Below are positions 38,539 to 48,445 of a DNA stretch of 64,000 nucleotides, one piece after another. Source of the stretch: Microcoleus sp. Its GTDB lineage: Bacteria; Cyanobacteriota; Cyanobacteriia; Cyanobacteriales; Microcoleaceae. Positions within the stretch are counted from its first letter, which is position 1. Each line of letters begins with the position of its first letter. The stretch is from contig CP181291.1 in NCBI GenBank assembly GCA_052279835.1, positions 192,001 through 256,000 on the forward strand, given 5' to 3'. The notes under the pieces were generated by a model that was given only the letters and a program-made list of their open reading frames with translations, ran no database searches and was not told the DNA's origin. The position numbers and the translations under genes were made by a program.

Positions 38539-41500
38539 TCAATTGGACACCAGACTAATGGGAATTGAAATCCTAAAAGTTGTACCCTGTCCTATTTCTG
38601 AAAAACACTCTATTTTGCCTTTGTGCTTCTGAACCACAATCGAGTGAGAAATTGACATTCCCAAGCCCGTACCTTTTCCCACTTCTTTTGTAGTGTAAAA
38701 CGGATTAAAAATGCGATCGATCGTCGTCTGTGGCATTCCCGTACCATTGTCGGAGATTTCCACCGCTATCATATTCTCACCAATCACCTGAGTGGCGATC
38801 GCAATTCTGCCAGGATTTGCCTCCGCTGTCGCCATAGAGAACTTTTGATACCGTTCCTCGATCGCATCAATGGCATTAGCAATAATATTCATAAATACCT
38901 GATTCAGTTGGCTAGGATAACAATCCACCAGTGGTATGTTGCTGAATTCATGAATTACATTAATTTCAGGCCAGCCATTAAGCCCCTTCAATCGGTGCTG
39001 CAAAATTAACAAAGTGCTGTCAATTCCTCCATGAAGATCCACCGGCTTCATTTCCGATTCGTCCAGTCGCGAGAAATTCCTGAGCGACAAAACAATTTGC
39101 CTGATGCGTTTGGTTCCTACCTCCATCGACCTCACTATTTTGTTTAAATCTTCTGAGACAAAATCTAAATCCATTTCTTCAATTTTATCAAGGATTATAG
39201 AATTAGGTTCTGGATATTCTTCGGCGTACAACTTAACCAATTCAATTAACTGTTTCGTATAATCATCGACATATTTAATATTGCCATGAATAAAGTTAAC
39301 CGGATTATTAATTTCATGAGCAATCCCAGCCACCAGTTCACCCAAAGAAGACATTTTTTCCGTTTGAACTAACTGACTTTGAGTAGAGCGCAATTCCAAC
39401 AGTGCTTGTTCGAGTTGTTGAGCTCTTTCTCTTTCTCGCGCGTCACTTTCCCGCAGTGCTTCCTCTGCTTGTTTGCGTCCGGTAATATCAATGCTGATAC
39501 CATCCCACAGAATATCGCCATTTTCTTTAGCTTCTGGACGGGAAATTACCTGAAACCATCTAATTGTTCCCGATGGTAAAATTAGCCTTCCTTCCCACTG
39601 CCAAGGCTGCATATTTTTGGCAGAAACTGCCACTGAATCGTAATAATTGTCTCGGTCTTCGGGATGAACCAAGTTTATTAGTAAAGCCGAATTTTCCTGA
39701 ATTGCTTTTGGTTCTAACTCAAACATTTCTCGGCAAGCAGGACTGACGTAAGGGAAATTAACAGAGCCATCGAGACTCAATACACATTGATAAATCATCC
39801 CCGGCAAATTAGCCGAAAGTTTTTGAAATTTGCTCTCGCTGGCTCTTAATTCTTGCTCTGCTTCCTGGCGTTCGGCAATTTCGGTTTGCAACTGTTTAAA
39901 AGCTGTGCTTAATTCAGATGTTCTCTGAATTACTCTATTTTCTAAGTCTTCATTCAATTGTTGAAGACTCTCTTCTGCTTGTTTGCGCTCGATCGCAATT
40001 CCTGCTAAATTATTGACAAAATCTATGAATTTCCACTCAAACTTTTCGGGCGTATGTGGCTCAGTATAATACATGGCAAAGGTTCCCAAAAGCTGCTCGT
40101 TAGATGATATAATAGGAGTAGATGAACAAGCTCTGAGTCCAAAACTTAAAGCAAAATCTCGATAATCTTCCCACAACGGATCGGTGGCAATATCTGTAAC
40201 AATTACCGACTCTTTCCGATAGATAGCAGTGCCACAGGAACCGACATTTGGACCGATCGCTATGCCTTCAATAGCAGCATTGTAACTCTCAGGTAAACTC
40301 GGTGCAGCTCCGTTCACCAGGTGTTTGCCATCTGGAGCTAGAATCAAGATCGAACCCATGACATCTTTACATTGCTGCTCGATAATTTTCACTAAGGCAT
40401 TTAAAGTATCACCCAGAGGCGCACTTTTAGCAATCATTTCTAATATTTGTTTTTGGGCGGCTAACCAACTTTCACCTTGCTTGCGCTCCGTAATGTCACG
40501 GGCTACGCACAGAAATGTGTTTGACTGCATGGGTGAAATAGTAGCAGCAAACCAGAGGTCTTTGTCTCCAATAGGTAAGCTGTATTCGAGGGAATTAGTT
40601 TGTTGGGTTGCGGCAGTAATTCTAATTTGATTTAGTAAAAAATCTGCGATTTTTGGTGGCATAATCTCGCCGATAGTTTTGCCGATCACTTCCGTCGGTG
40701 GTTTGTACAAAAGGCTGGGATTTGTCGGCGCAATTTTGAGGTATCTTCCCTCTGTATCAATTACAAAAATGACATCGTTCATGGCGGCAAATAAAGCTCG
40801 CAATTCAGCTTCAGAATCTTGGAGAGCGATTTCAGTTTTTTTGCGATCGCTAATATCAGTTCCAATACACAACATCCCTCTCAAACGCCCTTTCCGGTCT
40901 CGTAAAGCTTGATTTCGCCACGCGATCCAAACTCTGTCTCCCTGACGACGGATATGTTCATTTTCCTGAATTGTGAAGTATCGATTCCGGTGTAGCAGGA
41001 ATTCCCGCATCATGGCCTGGAGTTTATTTTTCGACAGTTTTGTCTCCGATATCAGATTCCATAAATCACTTTTGCCAAGTATTTCGGCTTGTGAATACCC
41101 AAAAAAACTTTCAGCAAACTCGTTCAAAAAAGTAACATTGCCCTCACGGTCTAACTGCACAATAATGCAATTGGCATTCTCTACTAATTGCCTGTATTTA
41201 GCCTCACTTTCTCGCAACTTTGTAGACCCATACACCAAACTAAAAACCACCACAGAGCTCACAACTGCCAGCAAGCCACCACCTGCAAGTAGCAACCCCC
41301 GCTGCGGCGAATTCTGGGGCCATCCCCCCAGGGGAATGGCGGCTAACTGCCAGGAACCGTTGGGCAATGTCACTTCCAGCAATACGGGTGCTTGCTGGAA
41401 AATTGCAGGGTTGCCAAAAAAGACTTCCCCAGTCACACCCCGGCCGTCTTTGCCTCGGAGAGCGTATTGTAGCTGGGCAGAAGGGTCTTTGATCCCGGCT

Positions 41501-42096
41501 TCTTGGAGGAGGGTATCTTGGTCGATGAGAACCCCTGTTAACCCCCAAAAATCACCGCTTTCTGGAGCGGTGCCCGGTGGTGTCAGAAAAATGGGCGATC
41601 GACTGACAAAGCCCACATTCCCCGCTAATAATTTCACAGGGCCCGCCAGTACAGTTTTGCGAGTCGCGATCGCCTCTTCCACCATTTTTCGTTGCTGAGG
41701 TACGGTAGTCAAGTCCACCCCGATCGCCGATTCATTTCCTTCTCGCGGATACATATAAGTGATGGTAGTCCCTTTCACTAAACCTATACTGCGAATGCCA
41801 GTTTGGTTTGCCAGCAGAATTCTCCCGGTAGCTGCAAATTCCTCTTCGCTGATGTTTGGGTTTTTGGAAAGATCCGCCACCAAACCGCGCATCAAAAACA
41901 GCCGCGAGTTCAACTTACCTTCGAGATTAGAACGAATTGTACTGAGTTGATTGAGAGTAATCGCACGGTTTTCCAGCAAAAACCGCTGCTGTTGAGATCG
42001 ATCTAAAATGCAAACTCCGGTCACAATTGCTACTGCTGCGGTAATTGCGGCTAAATACGGTGAAATTTGGCAATTTTTCATCCTCAAGTCAGGCAT
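38539..42096 (-). CDS. CHASE-PAS-PAS-GAF-PAS sensor histidine kinase
   Basis: TM-CHASE-TM, PAS (DISDRK/DITERK), GAF (GSCGTA), AGIAHEINNP, NQVFMN, DNG.G, FYTTK..GKGTGLG. Confidence 0.92.
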   Translation of the reverse strand: MPDLRMKNCQISPYLAAITAAVAIVTGVCILDRSQQQRFLLENRAITLNQLSTIRSNLEGKLNSRLFLMRGLVADLSKNPNISEEEFAATGRILLANQTGIRSIGLVKGTTITYMYPREGNESAIGVDLTTVPQQRKMVEEAIATRKTVLAGPVKLLAGNVGFVSRSPIFLTPPGTAPESGDFWGLTGVLIDQDTLLQEAGIKDPSAQLQYALRGKDGRGVTGEVFFGNPAIFQQAPVLLEVTLPNGSWQLAAIPLGGWPQNSPQRGLLLAGGGLLAVVSSVVVFSLVYGSTKLRESEAKYRQLVENANCIIVQLDREGNVTFLNEFAESFFGYSQAEILGKSDLWNLISETKLSKNKLQAMMREFLLHRNRYFTIQENEHIRRQGDRVWIAWRNQALRDRKGRLRGMLCIGTDISDRKKTEIALQDSEAELRALFAAMNDVIFVIDTEGRYLKIAPTNPSLLYKPPTEVIGKTIGEIMPPKIADFLLNQIRITAATQQTNSLEYSLPIGDKDLWFAATISPMQSNTFLCVARDITERKQGESWLAAQKQILEMIAKSAPLGDTLNALVKIIEQQCKDVMGSILILAPDGKHLVNGAAPSLPESYNAAIEGIAIGPNVGSCGTAIYRKESVIVTDIATDPLWEDYRDFALSFGLRACSSTPIISSNEQLLGTFAMYYTEPHTPEKFEWKFIDFVNNLAGIAIERKQAEESLQQLNEDLENRVIQRTSELSTAFKQLQTEIAERQEAEQELRASESKFQKLSANLPGMIYQCVLSLDGSVNFPYVSPACREMFELEPKAIQENSALLINLVHPEDRDNYYDSVAVSAKNMQPWQWEGRLILPSGTIRWFQVISRPEAKENGDILWDGISIDITGRKQAEEALRESDARERERAQQLEQALLELRSTQSQLVQTEKMSSLGELVAGIAHEINNPVNFIHGNIKYVDDYTKQLIELVKLYAEEYPEPNSIILDKIEEMDLDFVSEDLNKIVRSMEVGTKRIRQIVLSLRNFSRLDESEMKPVDLHGGIDSTLLILQHRLKGLNGWPEINVIHEFSNIPLVDCYPSQLNQVFMNIIANAIDAIEERYQKFSMATAEANPGRIAIATQVIGENMIAVEISDNGTGMPQTTIDRIFNPFYTTKEVGKGTGLGMSISHSIVVQKHKGKIECFSEIGQGTTFRISIPISLVSN

Positions 42097-42333
42097 TTCT
42101 GTCTAATTTAATGATTTTTTTCAGTCTTAAGATAGATATATTTTAATCTGATATCGCTAATTGACTTCCATTCTCCCATTCTCCGCCTCTTCCACTCCCT
42201 CCCTAACCAACACTTTAAATGCCTAGCTGCTAATTTACCCTTGGGGGCGATCGGTTTTTAGTCGATTCAGCGGATTAAAATAAAGTTAGGAACTCTTTCA
42301 ACGCTAAGGCGACTCACTCCTAGGGACAAATAG

Positions 42334-43701
42334 ATGCAGGAACAATTGATGGAAGCGATCGCACCCTACCGCGATCGGGTAGATTATCTAGAAGTTCGCC
42401 TCGAACAAAGCGAGTCAACAGCCATTAGTTTTCGTGGGCCTCAGTTGGATGCTGTCAACCGCAGTTTTAGCCTCGCTGGTGGAATCCGCGCCTGTCACAA
42501 AGGTGGCTGGAGTTTTGTCACTTTTAATGGTTTGGCTGAATTAAAAGACCGTATTGAAGAAGCTGTAATTCAGTCTCGCTTAGTAGGTAGCGAAAAAACT
42601 ATACTAGCAGATGTCACCCCGATTCAAGATTATGTAGCGGTGGAATTAGGTGGCGATCCTCGCTCGATTACTTTAGCCCAAAAGCGACAATTGCTGGAAT
42701 CTTACAACCAATTGTTATTAGATTATGACCCGCGGATTCAGACTACAATGGCCGGTTATAGCGATCGATTTGGGATTACTTATTTTGTAAATTCCCAAGG
42801 CACTTCCATCGCTCAAGAGCGATTGGATGTCACCGGACGTTTTGGCGCGATCGCCCGTGGTGACGGCGGCATTGTCCGCCAAGGGTTTGAGTCCATTCAT
42901 TCGCGATCGGACTACAATGTCTTGACAAATATTGAAGATCGTGTTAAAAGTGCGGCTGTTCGAGCTGTCAGTCAACTAGAAGCAAAATCAGTCAAAGGTG
43001 GCCAGTATCCAGTCATTTTAGACCCTTATTTATCAGGGGTATTTATTCACGAAGCTTTCGGCCATTTATCGGAAGCAGACGGCATTTACGAAAACCCCAA
43101 AATGCAGGAATTGTTGACCTTGGGCAAACCAGTCGCCATCGAACAATTGAATGTCATCGATGATGCCACCTTACCAGGATTACCGGGAACATTGAAATAC
43201 GACGACGAAGGCGTACCCGCCCAGTGCAAGCATTTAATTAAAAATGGGGTGTTAACCACTCGAATGCACAATCGGGAAACAGCGGGCAAAATGGGCGAAA
43301 GTCCCACGGGAAATGCGCGGGCTTTGAGTGCTACTTTTATGCCCTTGGTGCGCATGACTAATACGGCGATCGAATCGGGAGAAAATTCTTTTGATGACAT
43401 GATTGGTGACATCGCAGAAGGAGTTTATGCAGTGCGGATGCTGGGAGGACAAACCAACGGTGAGATGTTTACCTTTGCAGCGGCTCAAGGTTACATGATT
43501 CGCGACGGCAAATTAGCAGAACCTGTGAGTGATGTCACCTTAAGTGGTAACGTATTTCAGACCCTCAAGGACATTGAGGCGATCGGAAATGACTCAGTTT
43601 ATGCCTACGGCGGTTGTGGTAAAGGCGGCCAGGGCGGTTTACCAGTCAGTGTCGGCGGCCCCCATTTACGGATTAAAAATGTGGTTGTCGGAGGCAGATA
43701 A
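42334..43701 (+). CDS. tldD: TldD/PmbA-family metalloprotease
   Basis: HEAFGHLSEAD, YDDEG, TGNAR, RMTNT, GCGK.GQ..LPVS.GGP. Confidence 0.9.
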   Translation: MQEQLMEAIAPYRDRVDYLEVRLEQSESTAISFRGPQLDAVNRSFSLAGGIRACHKGGWSFVTFNGLAELKDRIEEAVIQSRLVGSEKTILADVTPIQDYVAVELGGDPRSITLAQKRQLLESYNQLLLDYDPRIQTTMAGYSDRFGITYFVNSQGTSIAQERLDVTGRFGAIARGDGGIVRQGFESIHSRSDYNVLTNIEDRVKSAAVRAVSQLEAKSVKGGQYPVILDPYLSGVFIHEAFGHLSEADGIYENPKMQELLTLGKPVAIEQLNVIDDATLPGLPGTLKYDDEGVPAQCKHLIKNGVLTTRMHNRETAGKMGESPTGNARALSATFMPLVRMTNTAIESGENSFDDMIGDIAEGVYAVRMLGGQTNGEMFTFAAAQGYMIRDGKLAEPVSDVTLSGNVFQTLKDIEAIGNDSVYAYGGCGKGGQGGLPVSVGGPHLRIKNVVVGGR

Positions 43702-43970
43702 TCCTGAATAACTCATAAAAAACCCCCGTTGCTAAAAAGCTTGCTGTATCAGCATTCTTCAGCTCGATCTTCTTCTTTCCCCCCTAGGGGGCAGGGCTGT
43801 TTCATTCTCCAAAAAAAGAGGGCTTTGTAGGGGTAGTGCCCCCGTGCCTACCCCCCCCCACCAACTCTCTTCTCTTGCTTCGCGTACTTCGCGCCTTCGC
43901 GGTTAAATCATTCCGATACAACCGGAATTGATATGACTTCTTGCTTCTACTTAATCCTGATTGACTAATA

Positions 43971-44005
43971 AAAAACCCCGGTTGCTTCAAGCAACCGGGG
44001 TTTTT
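43971..44005. terminator. Bidirectional terminator-like palindrome
   Basis: AAAAACCCCGGTTGCT-TCA-AGCAACCGGGGTTTTT between convergent tldD and pirA. Confidence 0.7.
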
Positions 44006-44127
44006 GTCTACGGAATAACAGAGGAGTGAACTTTCACAGGTATTGATGGCAAGAACTCTGCATTTCTCACACAATCACTTGACCTGCACAGACAAATTCT
44101 AGACGACAAATTGTTGTGTTCGCTGAT

Positions 44128-44277
44128 TTAAAGCTGTCTCATTTCTTCTTCCAGCACCCGAACCAAATCTTGATTGCCACTGGCTTTCGCTACTTCGATG
44201 CGGTGCATCAGTTGCTTCTGAATATTAGCTCGGTGGGTTTCAGCAATTTTTTTGACGTTTTGGCGATTTGTGTTCAT
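44128..44277 (-). CDS. pirA: PirA-like PII-interacting regulator of arginine synthesis (49 aa; not in the ORF track)
   Basis: MNTNRQNVKKIAETHRANIQKQLMHRIEVAKASGNQDLVRVLEEEMRQL matches the H-R..I...L.HR.EVA...G...L...LE.E pattern of the family as I recall it. Confidence 0.75.
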   Translation of the reverse strand: MNTNRQNVKKIAETHRANIQKQLMHRIEVAKASGNQDLVRVLEEEMRQL

Positions 44278-44346
44278 GGTGGACGTTCCTTATATTAAAT
44301 TTGGTGTAACCAGCTACTCCTTTAATATAGCGCGAAATTGCAAAAA

Positions 44347-44360
44347 GTATCTAAATTTAC
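44347..44360. promoter_or_regulatory. NtcA-binding site
   Basis: GTA-TCTAAATT-TAC (GTA-N8-TAC), 17 nt upstream of a minus-strand TATATT -10 (44324-44329) in front of pirA. Confidence 0.7.
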
Positions 44361-44487
44361 AAAAAGTTTATAAATATTGACCTAGGGACCACAATACTGT
44401 ATAATAGACTGCGAAAGTCTATAGCGAAATCTTGACAATCAAAAACCAGAGGACATCGGGCATCGGTAGCCGTCTGTCCCCTCTCCC

Positions 44488-45648
44488 TTAAATTTGTGCC
44501 AAAGCCTTTGCCAAATGCTGAAGGTGTGCCAACTCATGAGTTGCCATCAGCGAAATCCGAATTCGACTCACACTCACAGTCGGAGGGCGAATGGCGGGGG
44601 CAAAAATACCCATCTCCTTCAGTTTGCTACTAGCGGTTAAAGCTGTGGCTGCATCCTTTAAGGGAAAACTGAAAATGGGGGAGAGTGAATTGGTAATCGG
44701 TAATTGGTAATGGGCGATCGCCTCATCTGTGAAATTTTGGATATTTTGCTGTAGCTTCCGTCGTCGATCGGGTTCTTGCTGTACAATCTTCACAGCTTCC
44801 AAAGCAGCAGCCGTGTCCGCTGGTGTCAATCCCGTAGTATAAATCCAAGTCGGGGCTCGATTGCGCAGAAAATCAATCGCAGCAGCATCCCCTGCAACAT
44901 AGCCACCCAAACTTCCCAAAGCTTTGCTGAGTGTACCCACTTGAATCAAGGTTTCTCCCGTACACCCGAAATGTTCCACACAACCAGCGCCCCTAGCGCC
45001 CAAAACTCCTGTAGCGTGAGCTTCGTCTACTAATACCATACAGTTAAATTGTTTGGCCACCGCTAACAACTGCGGTAACGGGCACAAGTCTCCATCCATA
45101 CTGAAGACGCTATCGGTAACAATTAAACACTTGCGGTATCGATCGCGATGTTCATTCAGCAGAGCCCTTAAATCCTCAACATTGCAGCGATCGTATTCTA
45201 GAGTCTGAGCTTGGCTGAGTGTGGCTCCATTTTTCAGGCTGGAATGGTTGTACTTGTCAGATAATATCAAATCCCGTTTGCCCACGAGGGAGGCGATCGC
45301 CCCTAAATTCGCCAAATATCCCGAACTAAAGACTAAAGCATCCTCAGTTTGTTTTAAATTAGCAATACTCTGTTCTAGCTGTCGGTGCAAATCGCGGTGC
45401 CCGCCCACTAGCCTCGAACCAGTCGTACCCGTACCAAATTCCTTAGTTGCAGCCATCGCCGCTTGAATCAACCTATCATCCCCCGCAAGTCCCAGATAAT
45501 CGTTGCTAGCAAAGTTAATTAGCCAGTCCCCGGCTAATTTTACCCTAGGGCCTGGACAACTTTCGATCGATTGTGGCGATCGATACCAATTGGCGCGGTG
45601 AATAGTGTCTAAATCCTTCTCTATCCAAGCATAAGGGTCAGCGTTCAT
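44488..45648 (-). CDS. bioF: 8-amino-7-oxononanoate synthase
   Basis: [49 protein letters not shown]. Confidence 0.93.
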   Translation of the reverse strand: MNADPYAWIEKDLDTIHRANWYRSPQSIESCPGPRVKLAGDWLINFASNDYLGLAGDDRLIQAAMAATKEFGTGTTGSRLVGGHRDLHRQLEQSIANLKQTEDALVFSSGYLANLGAIASLVGKRDLILSDKYNHSSLKNGATLSQAQTLEYDRCNVEDLRALLNEHRDRYRKCLIVTDSVFSMDGDLCPLPQLLAVAKQFNCMVLVDEAHATGVLGARGAGCVEHFGCTGETLIQVGTLSKALGSLGGYVAGDAAAIDFLRNRAPTWIYTTGLTPADTAAALEAVKIVQQEPDRRRKLQQNIQNFTDEAIAHYQLPITNSLSPIFSFPLKDAATALTASSKLKEMGIFAPAIRPPTVSVSRIRISLMATHELAHLQHLAKALAQI

Positions 45649-45714
45649 AGTGGAAAGCGATCGAGTAATAAGTTATATTGTCTGATAATCAGTTCCTCAA
45701 TTTCTCAAAAGCAT

Positions 45715-46650
45715 ATGTCAGACACTCAAAAATACAGATTAGTCACCCGCAGCGATTTTGACGGTCTTGTCTGTGCCGTTTTACTCAAAGAACTCGATAT
45801 TATCGAAGAAATTAAATTCGTTCATCCTAAAGATATGCAGGATGGAAAAATCGAAATAACCAACAACGATATTACCACAAATTTACCCTATGTTGAAGGT
45901 GCTCATCTAGTTTTCGACCACCATTTCAGCGAAACTCTCCGACACGAAAAAATCCAAAAAAACCATATCATCGACCCCTATGCAGCATCCGCAGCCAGGG
46001 TACTATACAAATATTATGGAGGTCCAGCCAAGTTTCCCGACATTTCCGAAGCAATGATGGAAGCTGTTGACAAATCCGACTCCGCTCAATTTTCTGAATC
46101 CGAAGTTTTACATCCAGAAAAATGGGTATTGCTCAACTTCATTATGGATGCCAGAACAGGATTAGGCAGATTTAAGGAATTTACTGTTTCCAACTACCAG
46201 TTAATGATGGAATTAATTGATTACTGCAAAAACCACAAAATCGAAGAAATATTAGAACTTCCTGACGTCAAAGAAAGAGTAGAACTCTACTTCGAGCACG
46301 AAGAAAAATTTAAACAACAATTACAGCGTTGTGCCAAAGTTTATGACGATCTAGTTGTTTTAGATTTGCGAAACGAAGAGATTATTTATGCAGGAAATCG
46401 CTTTGTAATTTACGCTTTGTTCCCCCAATGCAATATATCAATTCACGCACTTTGGGGACTTAAGCAACAAAATACTGTTTTCGCCGTTGGCAAATCAATT
46501 TTTAACAAAACTTCTCAAGTAAATATTGGACATTTAATGTTAAGATATGGTGGTGGCGGACACATGAATGCCGGAACTTGTCAAATTGAAAATGACAAAG
46601 CTAGTAAAGTTTTGAATGAATTAATTGCACAAATCGATCAAGATAGTTGA
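45715..46650 (+). CDS. DHH-family phosphoesterase (exopolyphosphatase-like)
   Basis: TRSDFDG, FDHH, GGGH..AGTCQ. Confidence 0.85.
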   Translation: MSDTQKYRLVTRSDFDGLVCAVLLKELDIIEEIKFVHPKDMQDGKIEITNNDITTNLPYVEGAHLVFDHHFSETLRHEKIQKNHIIDPYAASAARVLYKYYGGPAKFPDISEAMMEAVDKSDSAQFSESEVLHPEKWVLLNFIMDARTGLGRFKEFTVSNYQLMMELIDYCKNHKIEEILELPDVKERVELYFEHEEKFKQQLQRCAKVYDDLVVLDLRNEEIIYAGNRFVIYALFPQCNISIHALWGLKQQNTVFAVGKSIFNKTSQVNIGHLMLRYGGGGHMNAGTCQIENDKASKVLNELIAQIDQDS

Positions 46651-46849
46651 AGAAACAAGAAGGGAAACTTAATTCTTCTACCACCCTTATTTGGTAATGG
46701 GTAAGGAGTAATAGGCGAAGTGGAGGCCAGAAATAATCGTCTGTAGCTAACAAACTCTCAAATTACCAATCCGGCAATTACCTATTACCTATTACCCATT
46801 ACCGACGGGCCAGGTTTACCTCATGTTACTGAGAAAGGTTATATTCTCG

Positions 46850-47065
46850 TTATTGTTGTTTTTCAACATCTACAGATTGCGAACTATTACCTTTCACCGA
46901 GGGTAAATGGTCTACCAAACCCATATCAAAAGCGACATCCGGCAATTCAGAAACCTGATATTTACCCGGTTCAAACAATCGTCCAGGAGTAAAACAAGGC
47001 TGTTTTAATTGTACAATTTCTCCCGGTGCAAACATTCCTCTAAATCTTTTACTTTCCAGGGCCAT
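46850..47065 (-). CDS. Hypothetical protein
   Basis: 71-aa ORF with ATG 11 bp downstream of the glycosyltransferase stop. Confidence 0.55.
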   Translation of the reverse strand: MALESKRFRGMFAPGEIVQLKQPCFTPGRLFEPGKYQVSELPDVAFDMGLVDHLPSVKGNSSQSVDVEKQQ

Positions 47066-47076
47066 AATTTTTATTC

Positions 47077-48198
47077 CTAAAACAACTGTCTCATTAATCT
47101 TAGCAACTTTCTAGCCGTCGCTTCCCAATTAAATAAATCCGCCGTCTCTCTGGCTTTTTCAGCCACCTGAAAACGTCTGGAATCTGCAACAATGTTCCGT
47201 AATTGCTCTCGAACAGACTGAAGATTTGGTTCCGCCCAGTGAGGAGAATTGCTAATTTTCAGATGATGAGTATCATAACACAATCCTACGGGAATTAGAT
47301 CGTAAGAAATCGGATAGCAGTTGTCAATATTAGCATACTCGGTCGGGCCGCCGTAAAGAGGCATGGCCACGGGCAAACCTGCGGCAAAAGCATCCAAAAT
47401 CTTGATGGCAAAACCCTCGCCACGAAAGGGAGCTAAAAAAGCATCGGCGGATAAGTATAAATTCGCTAGTTCTTGTTTGTCAAAAAACTTAGGTATTATT
47501 TCAACTTTTGGTTTAAACCTACCAAATCTATGTTGAAAATCCCTAATTATTTCTACGATAACGTCAGGGTTTTTGCCACCGTCTTTGATAATTAATTCAA
47601 CATTAGATTCATGTTGAAATTCTTGACAAAAAGCTTCAATGGCAATATCTGTACCAAATCTAGAGAAATCAAAAGAATTGGTCATGTGCAGAATAGACGT
47701 TACATAGGGTGGGTTTTTGGGAGCTTTTTTAGCATAGAGTTCCGAGATTAAAGGATTGAATCCCAAAGGAAGGACGGAGATGTTATTGGCGGGACATCCT
47801 GCTTGGATTAAAACATTTTTAGAATACTCGCTCACAGCAAGTTTGTGAGATGAAGTGTTGACAGCATCGTACATCCAATAATCGAATTCATCATGGTTGG
47901 TGGCGAATTCATAGTTGATGGCAAAAAACTCTAAATTTAGATGACCATTGAGTTCTTTTAAAAAATAGGGTTTCCAGTAATGAGACCATTTTATTTGAAA
48001 CAAATCCGATGGATGGTTACTCCTCCACTTGGCGATGAGACTGTTTTCTTCTGCCGTGCAAATGCGCTGCATACGAGGTGTAACTTCTGAGTCTTCGACG
48101 GAAATAGGAATCCCCATTTTGTCTAAGGCTTTAGCTAAGGAGAGTGTGATATCTGTGAAGGAGTTGAAGTGTTGAAATCCGATGTTAAAATGAACCAT
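47077..48198 (-). CDS. GT-B (family 4-like) glycosyltransferase
   Basis: AVSEYS, RFG.D, LY..ADAF..P.RGEGF...ILDA.A.GLP, F.WE..A. Confidence 0.85.
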   Translation of the reverse strand: MVHFNIGFQHFNSFTDITLSLAKALDKMGIPISVEDSEVTPRMQRICTAEENSLIAKWRSNHPSDLFQIKWSHYWKPYFLKELNGHLNLEFFAINYEFATNHDEFDYWMYDAVNTSSHKLAVSEYSKNVLIQAGCPANNISVLPLGFNPLISELYAKKAPKNPPYVTSILHMTNSFDFSRFGTDIAIEAFCQEFQHESNVELIIKDGGKNPDVIVEIIRDFQHRFGRFKPKVEIIPKFFDKQELANLYLSADAFLAPFRGEGFAIKILDAFAAGLPVAMPLYGGPTEYANIDNCYPISYDLIPVGLCYDTHHLKISNSPHWAEPNLQSVREQLRNIVADSRRFQVAEKARETADLFNWEATARKLLRLMRQLF

Positions 48199-48298
48199 TT
48201 TTAATATTTTTGAATTTTGAGTTTACTCGTTACCAGGAATTATCCAAGGGAGGCAGAGCCTCTAGATATGTGTTCCCAGGAAAATGGTTATTATCACC

Positions 48299-48445
48299 AA
48301 CTAATAACTAATAACTAATAACTAATAACTAATGACTAATGACTAATGACTAATAACTAATAACTAATGACTAATGACTAATGACTAATGACTAATGACT
48401 AATGACTAATGACTAATGACTAATGACTAATGACTAATAACTAAT
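48299..48445. repeat. Heptamer tandem repeat (ACTAATG/ACTAATA) of about 21 units, STRR-type
   Basis: Directly visible; abuts the ClC stop codon. Confidence 0.95.

Noticed and set aside
40325..42006. Antisense ORFs over the histidine kinase (e.g. 40973..41698, 241 aa)
   Set aside because: Shadow frames of a well-supported gene, with no recognisable motifs.
43802..44298. ORFs 43802..44074 and 44116..44298
   Set aside because: The first is made of REP and terminator repeats; the second is the antisense shadow of pirA.
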